A DNA stretch of 64,000 bases from Hemiscyllium ocellatum (lineage: Eukaryota): NCBI RefSeq assembly GCF_020745735.1, contig NC_083409.1, forward strand, positions 17,442,341 to 17,506,340, read 5' to 3'. Below are positions 34,640-46,405 of the stretch, in pieces. A program made the position numbers and the translations under genes. The first letter of the stretch is position 1. Every line of letters begins with the position of its first letter. Under the pieces are notes generated by a model. It made no database searches and was not told the origin of the DNA. It was given only the letters and a program-made list of their open reading frames with translations.

Positions 34640-35230
34640 CACTGAGAATGGAGGCTGTGTGTCTCTCTGAGTTGAGTGTGCGTGTTTTGCATAATGTTGC
34701 CTGAGGTGTCACTGTGAGTGTGGGTGTGTTATTCAGAGACATCGACATGCAGCACTGAGTAACATGTTCACACTCAGAGAGACACCTCCAGGCAGCATGG
34801 ACTGTGAGCATGTTACTCAGTGCTCAGAGAGTGTGGTGGTGGAAAAGCATAGCAGGTCAGGCAACATCCGAGGAGCAGGAGAATCAATGCCTTCATCAGG
34901 AAAATTCCTTCATCAGGATGTCCAAAACGTTGATTTTGCTGCTGCTCAGATGCTGCCTGACCTGCTGTGCTTTTCCAGTACCACACTCTTGACTCTAAGC
35001 TCCAGCATCTGCAGTCCTCACTTTTGCCTTGTTACTCAGTGCTGCCTGGCACTCTGAGTGTGTGTGTTACTCAGTGCTGCCTGGCACTCTGAGTGTGTGC
35101 GTTACTCAGTGTTGCCTGTAGATATCTCTCTGAGCGTGTGTGTTATTCTGTACTGCCTGTCAGTATCTCATTCAGTGTGAATGTGTTACTCTGTGCTGCC
35201 TGTAAGTGTCTCTGAGGTATTTGTCTCTGA
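34640..35230. repeat. ~35-43-bp minisatellite (GTTACTCAGTGCTGCCTGG...CTGAGTGTGT) with one inverted unit
   Basis: Unit starts at 35031, 35066, 35101, 35142, 35185; reverse-oriented unit at ~34749-34796. Confidence 0.7.
34825..35029. mobile_element. Penelope-like mini-element with inverted terminal-repeat arms, hammerhead cores degenerate
   Basis: Arms 34826-34888 and 34929-34990 are reverse complements. Flanked by TGTTACTCAGTGCT (34811-34824, 35030-35043), which is also part of the host minisatellite unit. Confidence 0.7.
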
Positions 35231-35340
35231 GTGATGAATAGAGAATGGGCATTGTGATGGGAATTGAAGACTTGGCTTTAATCGTCTCAAATCATGAATG
35301 AAAAACAGTTCAGTCTGAAATGGTGCCTCAGTGAGATGGC

Positions 35341-35467
35341 CAAAGTTAAAAATCACACAACACCAGGTTATAGTCCAACAGGTTTCTTTGGAAGTACATG
35401 CTTTCAGAGCTCCTTCATCAGGCAGCTAGTGGGGCAGGATCATAGTTGATAGAATTTACAGTGAAAT
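35341..35467 (-). mobile_element. Penelope-like mini-element, second family (AGCU-type hammerhead, degenerate)
   Basis: Minus strand CUGAUGA-A-GGAGCUCU-GAAAG...CCTGTTGGACTATAACCTGGTGTTGTGTG. Possible 9-bp TSD TGAGATGGC (35332-35340, 35468-35476). Confidence 0.6.
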
Positions 35468-35888
35468 TGAGATGGCAACTGAGAAAGGTGAATACTGAAA
35501 GTGTGTTCTCAGTAAGGGAGGGATTTCAGAGGCAGTGGGCACTGTGCTCCCTAATGTGTTGCCTGATTACAAGGGGATTTTCTGGATCCAGGGTCATTGC
35601 AGTTGTGGCTGCCTGCCCAGCCAGTGCTGACTACCCATAGTCATATTTCAATGGTCAATTAGCTCAAAACTACGTGCAGTAATATTACCTTACAGAGAGG
35701 GGAGCTGACTGAACGAGGGTGGTTGTATTCTTGCAGCCCCAAGGGGGGTTGCAGTGGATTAATGAAGGGTACGACTAACATGAAGGTGCCACCTTCTCTC
35801 CCCCTGCCTCAGCTGTGGTGACCCTTGGATTAAACTCACCACCATTTGGCTCTGTCTGTAATGAGTGAGTGGGACTATGCTCCTCTGG

Positions 35889-36187
35889 GATTAGATTAGA
35901 TTAGATTACCTACAGTGTGGAAACAGGCCTTTCGGCCCAACCAATCCACACCGACCGTCCAAACAGAAACCCACCCGACTCATTTCCCTCTGACTAATGC
36001 ACCTAAAACTATGGGCAATTTAACATGGCCAATTCACCTGATTTGCACATCTTTGGACTGTGGGAGGAAACCAGGGCAACCGGAGGAAACCCAGGCAGAC
36101 ACAGGGAGAATGTGCAAACTCCACACAGACATTCACCCGAGGCTGGAATCGAACCTGGGACCCTGGTGCTGTGAGGCAGCAGTGCTA
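35889..36187 (-). mobile_element. HE1-type SINE
   Basis: (AATCT)n tail and V-domain as in 25086-25386. Confidence 0.8.
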
Positions 36188-36606
36188 GCAGGGATGATAA
36201 CCACGTTCCTGGGTGATGGAGGGAAGGTCAACCTCTCCCAAAGGAAGCTCAAGCTGGATTGAAGGGGTATCAAGAATAAGCATGAGGAGATTGAGGGTAA
36301 CAGAAGGAGGGGGATGGTTGGCAGGTTGTTATTCAGAGTCAGGTAACAGAGTATCAGTCCTTCTGACACTCCCATTTTTATCTGTCAGCCAAGGCTCCCT
36401 GATTGGACAAGGTTAAACCCATCAGGGAACTCATATTTTATCAGGAAAAAAAACACTTATCGAACAAGGAGCGCAAGATCTAAAGGACACTGAACAATAT
36501 GAATGGTTTGAAAGATTCCTTTACGAACATCGCAAATGAGATTTGGGAAAGAACCTCTTTCACTCAGAGGGTGGTGGGAATCTGGAATGGACTGTCATAG
36601 AATTCC

Positions 36607-36932
36607 TACAGTGTGGAAACAGGCCATTTGGTGCAACACGTCCCGACCAATCCTCCGAAGAGAAATTCACCCGAGATCCACTCCCCTTGGCTATTTCCCC
36701 TGACTAACACACCTAAGTAACACATCCCTGAACACTATGGACAATTTTAGCATGGCCAATTCACCTAAGCTGCACATCTTTGGGTTGTGGGAGGAAACTG
36801 GAGCATACAGAGGAAAAACACACAGACACGGGGAGACTGTGCAAACTCCACACAGATACCCGGGGCTGGAATCGACCCGGGTCCCTAGTGCTGTGAGGCA
36901 GCAGTACTAACCACTGAGCCACCATGCCACCC
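36607..36932 (-). mobile_element. HE1-type SINE
   Basis: tRNA-like head GGCATGGTGGCTCAGTGGTTAG on minus; conserved core. Confidence 0.8.
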
Positions 36933-37874
36933 ATAAAAAAGCCCAAAGAGTTGAGATTTCATTCAGCTTCATGAGTCTGATGTGACACAAACTATAAACT
37001 CGCAACCCTCTGTCAGGGAAGGTAGTGGAGGGTAGATACCTTACAACCCCTGAATATCATAACATTCATGGATTTGGGACAACGGCAGGAAATTGGGATA
37101 AAAGTGCCTTCAGTTGTAATTATGTTCGTGCAGACTCAATGGGCCGAAATGCCTTTTCTATGTTGTATCTATGCTGAGAGGGCTCTGCAGGTTAATGGTG
37201 ACTAGTATAGGCTGTCGAGGGTGGAACATACATGATCAAGGTTCAGAGGAAATGGTTTAAGCTTCAGTGAAGGCCCAAGTAGGAGCTTGGAAGGAGGGTC
37301 AAGACTAATGGAAGCAAGGCCAATGGAGACTGAGAAAAAGCACAGAGCGCTGGCTGACATCTCCAGGGGTTGTCGTGAGGAATATGGGGACAAGAGGGGA
37401 GTGTGTAGGGAGTGAGTACAGTTTCAAATGAAATGCGACCTTTGCCAGCAGCAGCATGACCTTCAGCACCAGGGGGTGTCCCTGACTGTGTCAGGCTCAC
37501 TGACTGCTCTCTGTGTGATTCCACACAGCCACTCGTCTGGTCAACACGCAAAGTCTGGCACATGTTTATACTACTTGCTACAGCACAGTCTGCACCCAGC
37601 ATCTGCACCTTTTGTCGATGCCACTGTCCATACACACTGTCTGCACCCTCCGTTTACACCCCGTGTCCAAACCCACTGTCTACACCGCTGTCTGCACCCT
37701 CCATCCACACCTCCCATCTTTCTGCTGTTGTCAGATTGTATACAATGATTCCATTGAGCTTACTGCAACAGAAGCCTGAATTTTAGAACTGGCAATGATT
37801 GTCCTCTCACCCTGACCTTCAAAGTCTGTCTGCCATAATGAGGTGATTAATATTAATTACTGAATGCCATTTGA

Positions 37875-38385
37875 TTTCTGTGAAGGCAGGACTGATGTAT
37901 AAAGAGAGGTTGAGTTGGTGAGGATTGTGTTCATTGGAGTTTAGAAGAATGAAGGAAGGGAATCTTGTACAAAGGTATAAAATTGGAACAGGATGAGACA
38001 TGTTAGATGGAGGAAGGATGTTCCAAATGGTGGGGAAGTCCAGAACCAGGGCTCATAGTTTAAGGTTAAGGGGTAAACTCTATAGGATAGAGATGAGGAA
38101 AAATGTTTTCACCCAGAGAGTGGTGAGCCTGTGGAATTCTCTGTCACAGAAAGTTGTTGAGGCCAAAACATTATGTTTTCAAGAAGGGGGTAGAGATAGC
38201 TCTTGTGGCTAAAGATTCAAGGGATATGGGGTAGGGAGGGATTACAGTGTAGTGCTCGATGATCAGCCATGACCATAGATAGATTCTTGGTGACTGAAGG
38301 GATGAAACATTATCAGAGAATGTAGAGTTGAGGTTAAAATCAGATCAGCCATAAGGGCCGAGTGGCCTACTTTTGTTCCTTGCCC
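37875..38385 (+). mobile_element. CR1 3'-end fragments
   Basis: EMRKNVFTQRVVSLWNSL motif and tail. Confidence 0.7.
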
Positions 38386-38630
38386 ATATGTTGCCTCATA
38401 CACTTTCACACAATCAAAGACTGTCATTTGCATATTCTACATGCAGATGAAGCTGCTTGTGCAATAGGCCTCATCTGTACAGTGTTTTGTCCAGCCTTTC
38501 ACCATCATATGTTTAGGATAATGGTCCCATAATCAATCCATTAACTTTGTAAGTTAGTTTAGTTAAAGCAATAACACACATTACAAGTCGTGAAGCAGAC
38601 ATTACAGCAAGCAAGAATGGACTGCACTGA

Positions 38631-38939
38631 GGCTCAGTGGTCAGCACTGCTGTCCCACAGCACCAGGGACCCAGGTTCGATTCCAGCCTCGGGCAACTGT
38701 CTGTTTGGAGTTTGCACATTCTCCCCGTGTCTCTGTGGGTTTCCTCTGGATGCTCCGGTTTCTTCCCACAGTCAAAGGATATGCAGGTTCGGTGAATTGG
38801 CCAAACTAAATTGTCCATCGTGTTCAGGGATATGTGGGTTAGGTGCAGAAGTCAGAGAATATGTAGAGTAATGGGGTGGGGGAGTGGGATGCTCTTTGGA
38901 GGGTCAGTGTGGAGGCCTATTTCCACACTGTAGGGATTC
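38631..38939 (+). mobile_element. HE1-type SINE
   Basis: GGCTCAGTGGTCAGCAC...GGTTCGATTCC head; GGGTTTCCTCTGGATGCTCCGGTTTC core. Confidence 0.8.
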
Positions 38940-39226
38940 AGCGAATTGATCTTGGTCTGTGCAGCTTGCAGGCTCACAGATGACTAACTGGTGGGTAGAG
39001 TTCAACACTGTACATACACAGGGATGGATTTTCTTAAAGGTAATGTGTTCATACAGCACACAGCTACTGAACATCAAGGCAAGACAGTTACATTCTCTCT
39101 TGTTGGAGACAGTCATTGCCTGGCAGCTGTGTGGCCCAAATGTAACCTTATTCATGTTCCAAACCCACATCTCTATCAATAAAATGCTTTGGAACATCCT
39201 CAGGTAACAAAAAGTGCTATACATTT

Positions 39227-39551
39227 GGGGTGGCACGATGGCTCAGTGGTTGGCACTGCTGCCTCACAGCATCAGGGACCCGCCTCAGACAGGTCTGTGT
39301 GGAGTTTTCACGTTCTCCCTGTATCTGCGTGAGCTTCCGCCAGGTACTCTGGCTTCCTCCCACTGTCCTAAAGATCTGCAGGCTGGTAAATTGGCCATGC
39401 TAAATTGCCTACAGTGTCCAGGGATGAGCAGGCTAGGTGGATTAGCCATTGGAAAATACAGGGATAGCATCGGGGTCTGGATGGAATGCTCTTCAGAGGG
39501 GTGGTGTGTACTCGATAGGCTGAATGGCCTACTTCCATACTATAGGGATTT
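39227..39551 (+). mobile_element. HE1-type SINE
   Basis: GGCACGATGGCTCAGTGGTTGGCAC head and conserved core. Confidence 0.75.
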
Positions 39552-39660
39552 TGTGATACAAATGAAAGTTCCTTCTTTCCATTCTAGCCCTGGAGCATAC
39601 ATGTGGTTCTGTCTCATATCCACTCAAGAGATGGCAATTCTTTGAAGACAGGAGCAGCCT

Positions 39661-39781
39661 CTATTCTTTTGGAAAGTACTTCTTCCACTCTGTGTCCTTC
39701 ACAGCCTTGTAGACAGCAACAATGAGGTCGGGAAATAACCTAAAGCTATAATCTTCTGGACTCTTCATTAAACTGTGGAAC
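39661..39781 (-). pseudogene. RNASEL: RNase L (KEN domain) terminal coding exon
   Basis: Acceptor ATTGTACTTTTCAG, 1 nt plus [39 protein letters not shown]. Matches the recalled mammalian RNase L end ([22 protein letters not shown]). Phase fits the exon at 45324-45448. Confidence 0.8.
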
Positions 39782-40099
39782 CTGAAAAGTACAATTAATG
39801 TCCAAGTCAATGAAGATATTTCTCAGCAATCCCTAAATGCTGAGGTTTAGTACTCAGCAGGCCCCAGGAGTCAAAATAACCGAGTTGATCATTGCTCTGA
39901 ATTGCTCATAAATGTCACCTTCACATTTCTGGAGGCTTTGATCAAAAAGGTTGCTTACTCCTCTCCAAAATACAGCTTAAAATCAGCTCCAACTCCCAAC
40001 CGTCCAGCTGAGAGCGGAGCCCTGTACAAACTGGAACCTGGTCAGTGGGAGCACTGTCACCTCTGTCTCAGAAGCTTTGTCTATTTAAACCAGTGTCTT

Positions 40100-40900
40100 A
40101 GTCAGAGAGTCATTCAGCACGGAAACAGACCCTTCGGTTCAACTCATCCATGCCAACCAGACATCCTCATCTAGTTCCATTTGCCATGATTTAGCCCTTA
40201 TCCCTCTAAACCCTTCCTGTTCATGGACCCATATAAATGATGTAATTGTACCAGCTTCCACCACTTCCACTGGCAGCTCATTCCGTGCATGCACCATCCT
40301 CTGCATGAAAAGTTGCCCCTTAGTTCCTTTACAAATTCTTCCTCTATCACCTTAAACCTATGCCGTCTAGTTTTGGACTGACATACCCTGGGAAAAAGAC
40401 CTTGGATATTCACCTTATCGATGCGCTTCATGATTTTATAAACCTCCATAAGTTCACCCCTCAACCTCCAATGCTCCAGGGAAAGTAGCCCCAATCTATT
40501 CAGCCTCTCCTTGTAGCTCAAACCAGCAACATCCTTGCAAATCTTTATTTGCCCCCTTTCAACTTGAACAACATTATTCCTAGAGCAGGAAGACCAGAAC
40601 TGAGCCCTGTATTCTCAAGGTGTCCTCACCAATGGCCACTTTGGTGGACAGCCAGAACATGACATCCCAACTCCTATACTCAATGCATGGACCAATAAAG
40701 GCAAGTGTACCAATCACCTTCGTCACTACCCTGTTTATCCATGGCTTCACTTTGAAGGAACTGTGAGCCTGCACTCCAAGGTCTCTTTGCTCAGTAACAA
40801 TCTCCAGGAACCTGCCCTGATTTGCCTTCCCAAAAAGCAATGCCTTACACTTATCTAAATTAAACTCCATCTCCCACTCCTTGCCCATTGGCCCATCTGC
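40100..40900 (-). mobile_element. CR1 3' portion
   Basis: WEMEFNLDKCKALLFGK..., SYKERLNRLGLLSLEHWRLRGELMEVYK. Confidence 0.85.
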
Positions 40901-41099
40901 AGACGCATTGATCATACATTACAAACCAGAACATATGGAAGACATTGGTGAGACACAACTGCAGTATTGTGTCCAATTGTGGTCTGCTTATGAAATTAGA
41001 TTACTTACGTATGGAAACAGGCCCCTCGACCCAACAAGTCCATACTGACCCTCCGAAGAGCATCCCACCCAAACCCATTCCCTTACACCTTACACCATT

Positions 41100-43130
41100 T
41101 GAGGAAGGATGTGGTGGCACTGGAGGCTGTTCAGAGGATGTTCCCCAGACTGATCCCAGGGATGAAAGGGCTGTCCTATGAGGAGCAGTTAAATAGATTG
41201 GGCTTGTACTCACTGGAGTTCAAAAGAATGAGGAGGGATCTGACTGAGGGATAGAAAATGTGAAAGGGATTGATAAGGAGGACGTTGAATAGATGCTCCC
41301 CCTTGTGGGACAGTCTGGAACAAGAGGTCATCGATATCGAGTGAGAGGAGGTTGGTTCAAAACTGAGATGAGGAGAAACTACTTCTCCCAGAGGGTTGTG
41401 AATCTGTGAAACTCAATGCCCCAGAGTGCAGTGGAGGCAGAATCAATCAATAGGCTCAAGAACGATGTGTTTCTGATTAAACATGAGATAAAGAACAAGG
41501 GGGAGCAGGCAGGAGAGTGGAATTGAGACAGGATAAGATCAGCCACGGCCATGTTAAATGGCGGAGCGGGGTCAAAGGGCTGAATTGCCTCCTCCCGCTC
41601 CTAATTCCGATGTTGAGCACACAGTCAAGGCTGACACTGCAAAACTGAGGGAGCTGTTGTCTTTCAGGTGAGATACAAAACAGAGATCCTGCCACAGTAC
41701 ATCGAACTGTACTATCTCCCCAGTGACAAGTGCTGGAATTTGAATTCAAATCACAAAGCAAGCCTCATTAATGGTGACCACAATAATGATCCCTGAATGC
41801 TGTCCAGCCTCAGCCTTACCCAGTCTGGACTTCATGTGACTCCAACCCCACAGCAATCTGGTTAACTCTTAGATGCCTTCTGAGAGGCCACAGCAAGGCC
41901 AGCAGTTCAAGGATAATTAGTCTTGGGCAACAAATGGTGATCTATGCCATTGACACCCACCTCCCAGAAACCAGAAGGCAAAGGAGATTGGTGTCAGCCA
42001 AAATTGTCAGATTAGACTCCCAATGAGATGGGGAGATGCTTCAAATGAATTCAGCTCAGTATGGAACAGGTCCCCACTTGTTAACCCATCATCACTGACA
42101 AAATAAGGGGAGAACACAGAAAACTAAAGGTGAGAACACTCAAATGTGGGAATATCAGTGAGAATTCAGGCAACTAAAGGAAGATATGAAGAACTGCAAA
42201 GGAAGACAAAAAGGAAGCAAGAGTTACAAAAAAGTGATTGAGAGAGAGACCTGCAAGGGGTCACAAGAATAACACAAATGCTTTACACGAAAATTAGAAA
42301 ATCAAGGAGGCTCCAGTGCAATGTGAGCCCTTTAAAAACAAACTGGGAATTCCATGAATGAGACTAAGGGAATGGCCGATGTGAACAATAATTAGTTGTG
42401 TCGGTCTTCACAGTCAAAACACGGGATAATGCAGCTTCCACTCCAGGGAGGTTAATAATGAATGGAAGATTTGAATTCACAATAGTTGATACTTGCCAGA
42501 AAACAGCATTGTAAAGCGAGTAGCTCTAAAGGCTGAAAGATCTCCAGGACCTTAGGAGTTTAAAGGAAGGGGGGGAAGAAGTTTAAGAGGCTTTTCCCAT
42601 CAGATTCCAAAGCAGTAACGATTCCTTTAGTTTGGAAAATGTCTTGCTGTAACTCCACGGGTTGAAGAAAGATGAGCGAGGGAACCGAGGAAATTATATC
42701 CTGGTCAATCTAACATCTCTTTTAGGGGTTTCATTGGAATCTATAATTAACAGCCGAGAGAATGAACATGTACAGAATTGGAAATAGCCCACATAGATTT
42801 GTGATGGGTAAGTTCTAACTAACAAACCGAATGCATTAAATAAAATAGTTGATAGGATGTATAGGCTTATCAGCTTTCAGAAGTACTCGATCATTTTCCA
42901 CGAAACAGTCTGCTGACCAATATTAAAACCCATGGGATTGAAGATGAATGTTTGACTTGGTTCAGAGGCTGGTTCAGTGACAGACAACAGAGAAAGAAAG
43001 TGACGAGTGGTGTTCCACAAGGATTCTGTGGTGAGGCCTTAACTACTTACTGTATGTATTAATGAGAATCATAGTTCCACATTGACACAAAGACTGATGG
43101 AATAGTAAGCGGTGAAGATGGTGTTTTTGT
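41100..43130 (+). mobile_element. Old CR1 fragments (3' end 41100-41620; RT 42150-43130) and a SINE/LINE tail
   Basis: Degenerate CR1 3' and RT nucleotide motifs. Confidence 0.6.
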
Positions 43131-43194
43131 TTAAAACTCACTTGGAGGACATGGGTGTTGCTGTCTGGGCAAAATTCCTAGTTGCCCTCGAGAA

Positions 43195-43527
43195 TCATAG
43201 AATCATTATATGGTGTGGAAGCAGGCCATTCAGCCCATCAAGTTCACACCAACCCACCAAACAGCATCCCATCTAGATCAGCCCCATCCTTGTAATGCTG
43301 CATTTCCCATGGCTAATCCACCCTGCCTGCACATCCCTGGACACGACGTGCAATTTAGCATGGCTAATCCACCAAACCTGCACATCTATGGATTGTGTGG
43401 AGGAAACTCACTCAGACATGGGGAAAATGTGCAAACTCCAGACAGACAGTCATCCCAGGATGGATTTGAACCCAGGTCCCTGGCGCTGTAAGGGAGCAGC
43501 ACTAACCACTGACCCACAATGCTGCCC
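43195..43527 (-). mobile_element. HE1-type SINE
   Basis: Conserved core GTGCAAACTCCA...; tRNA-like head at the right end. Confidence 0.75.
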
Positions 43528-44057
43528 TTTGCAAGGTGGTCGTGAGCTGTCTTCTTGAACCGCTGCAGTCCATGTGCTGTAGATAAACCCACAATGCCCT
43601 AAGGGAGGGAAGTCCAAGATTTTGACCCAGCGACCCTGAAGGAACAGTAGTATATTTTCAAATCAGGATGCTATGTAGATTAGAGTGGAACTTGAAGGTG
43701 GTGGTGTTCTGTGTATCTGCTGCCCTTGTCCTTCAAATGGAAATGGCCTTGGGTTTGGACTGTGCTGTCTCAGGAGACTTGGTGGATTTCTGCAGAGCAT
43801 CTTGTTGATGGTGCACACGGCTGCTACTGAGTATCAGTGGTGGAGGGAGTGAATGTTTGTGGATGTGGTGCCAATCAGGCAGGTTGCTTTGTACTGGATG
43901 ATATCAAGCTTCTTGACTGTTTTTGGAGCTGTGCCCATCCAGGCATGTGGGGAGTAATCCATCACACTCCAATCCAAAGCTTGACTGATCTTTTCTTAAT
44001 TTATTTACGGGATTGGGCATCACATGGTATGCCAGCATTTTTTGCCCAGAATCAAGT

Positions 44058-44902
44058 GGGGTGGCACAGAGACTAGCACTGTTGCCTCACAGCTTAGGGA
44101 CCTGAGTTCGATTCCTCGGGCAGCTGATTTTGTGGCGTTTACACATTCTCCCTGTGTCGGCCTGGGTTCCCTCCAGGTGATCTGGTTTCCTTCCACAGTC
44201 CAAAAATGCGTGGGATCGTTGGAATAGCCATGGGAAATGCAAGGTTATAGGGGAGTGGGTCTGGGTGAGATGCTCTTTGGAGAGGCAGTATGGGCTGAAT
44301 GGCCTGTTTCCATTGTAGGGATTCTATTGATTTCTTCACTCAGAGGAATCTTTGGAATACTCATCTCCAGATACTTAGTCAGTACTTAGTAATTTGAATA
44401 AATTCAAGATAGAGCTCACCTGCATGTGGGGCGGCAATGGCCTAGTGGTATCATTACAAGATTGTTAATCCAGCGAGCCAAGTCATGTCTGGGGGACCTG
44501 GGTTCAAATCCTGGCAAAGGCACGGAGTGGAATTTAAATTTTAAAAATCTCAAATTAAGAGTCTAATGATGACAATTGGTTGGGGAGAGTCCCATTGAGC
44601 CCACTAAAGTCCTTTAGACTGCTGCCCTGGTGTCATACTAACTGACATATCACTGCAGACCCACATCAATGATGAATCATCAAATCCCTAGTGTGTGGAA
44701 GAAGGACATTCAGCCCACAGCCACCTCCCTCTCCTATCCCTGGAGCATTACACGTCCCATGGCTGATCCACCTATCCTGCACATCTTTGGATTGAGAGAG
44801 GAACCCCCCACAGACATAGGGAGAACATGCAAACTCCACACAGACAGTTGCCTGAGGGTGGAGTCGAACCCAGGTCCCTGGTGTTGTCAGGCAGTGGTGA
44901 TA
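44058..44902. mobile_element. SINE cluster: HE1 (+, 44058-44326), second-family SINE (+, 44428-44670), HE1 (-, 44690-44902)
   Basis: tRNA-like heads and family-specific cores. Confidence 0.7.
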
Positions 44903-45323
44903 GCTGCTGTGACCCCCATTCCACATCGGAGATCGAAACGTCTAACCCCTTATTCCCAGACTGGGTCTCAGCTTTAGAATTCCCAAATAGCGGCAGATCC
45001 TCCCAAAATCTACCCTGTCAGGTCCCTGGAGAATTTGAAATGTTTCATTGAAATCTCCTCCCAACCTTCTAAATTCCAGGGATGAGATCTGCAATTTCCT
45101 CCTGGCTTCCCAGAGAATCTGAGGATAAATCCCGTTCCTCACCCAGTCCCCTCTCTCGATCATGAGACAATCCTCTCAACCCTTCACATGAACTGTTGTT
45201 GGGTTTGATCATCTCAGTAAGAGTTTCAAGGAGGGAAGGAGAAAGAAAGACTCTTTCTGCTTTGAATCAATGCTAAAAGTTGACAAAGCAGGAAAATATT
45301 GCCACCAACTATTGTTAACATAC

Positions 45324-45448
45324 TCTTTCTATTCATCAAAGTGTTGGATGAGGTTTCTTATGAATTTCAGGAGGTCACTGGTGGTGTCCTTGTATTCTTT
45401 ATTCTTGCCTTGTCTCTTGTTCATGTCATTCAGGAGAACGGAGTCATC
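45324..45448 (-). pseudogene. RNASEL: RNase L penultimate exon (catalytic KEN segment) with in-frame stop
   Basis: Acceptor [55 protein letters not shown] plus GA|GTATGT. Recalled human [22 protein letters not shown]. TAG at 45331-45329. Confidence 0.82.
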
Positions 45449-45514
45449 CTCGAAGGAAATGAACAACAGAGTTTGTTTTCTCTGTTGATTGAATTCACCT
45501 TGCTTGCTCCTCTG

Positions 45515-45596
45515 ATCACCTGAAGAAGGGGCAAGGCTTGTGTCCTATAATAAACCTGTTGGACTATAACCTGGTTTCGTTTGATTTTTGACCTTG
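45515..45596 (+). mobile_element. Penelope-like fragment, second family, hammerhead partly deleted
   Basis: CACCTGAAGAAGGGGC...AATAAACCTGTTGGACTATAACCTGG. Confidence 0.6.
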
Positions 45597-46405
45597 GGGA
45601 TTTCTGGATACAAGGTGTTCAGTAAAGATAGGAAAGAGAGAAAATTGCGAGAAGTGGTGGGACTGTTCTGAAGCCAGACAGTGCTGACCAACGTTAGGCC
45701 CTGAGATATGATGGAGATGAAGGGTGAACTGTGCCAGGCTTTAACTCACTGTTACCAGAGTAAAACAGGGATTACCCAGTTCACAAGAGAGTAAATGGAA
45801 CTAACAAACCAGGTACGTGAGAAACACCCACCCTGTCCCTGAGAGAGGGGGACAAGAACAGGGACATTCTCAGACAGAAAGGATGCTAAAAATGGGATCA
45901 CCCCGAGAGTGAAGGGTGGGGTGGAGACAGTGACAGCGACACTCCCCCAGAGAGTGGGGAAAGTAACACTGACACATTTAAAACTATATTATCACAAGTG
46001 AAAATTCAAACAGCCACCCACTCCATCATATGGTGTTGAAGATGCACTATCCTCATCAAAACATGTTTGCAAACCTCTTCACAACACGTAAGGGGAGAGA
46101 AACATTGAAAACTGTATTATCACGAGTGAGGGTCCATTTAAAACTTGGACCATGATGTTAAATGTTCCCAGCCGTAAACAACACTGGTGTATTGATGTCA
46201 TTATCTTATTGAACAATATTAAAACCTCGGTCAAACATTTTCCTGCAGACAGTGTATTTAAAATATCAAGAGGGTTTCCGCATTGTTGGTTTGATCAGTG
46301 ACGTAGCAAGGAAGCAGCAGCTGCCCCATGAACTCCAACAAAAGAATGAGCACAGCCTCTTCATATGGAGCTGGCTCCCGAGAATCCAATTCAACAGCAG
46401 GGACC

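Noticed and set aside
18520-35230. Regularly spaced repeats superficially like CRISPR arrays
   Set aside because: Eukaryotic minisatellites with no unique spacers and no cas genes.
25086-44902. tRNA-like A/B boxes
   Set aside because: They are SINE heads, not tRNA genes; no cloverleaf or anticodon arm.
46114-46233. Possible decayed upstream RNase L exon (acceptor CTGCAG; ...DINT...PSFKWTL resembling DIKT...SFDKWT)
   Set aside because: Two stops, a wrong-phase weak donor, and the SFKW codons come from a locally duplicated motif (CATTTAAAACT, also at 45976-45986). Needs an alignment to revive.
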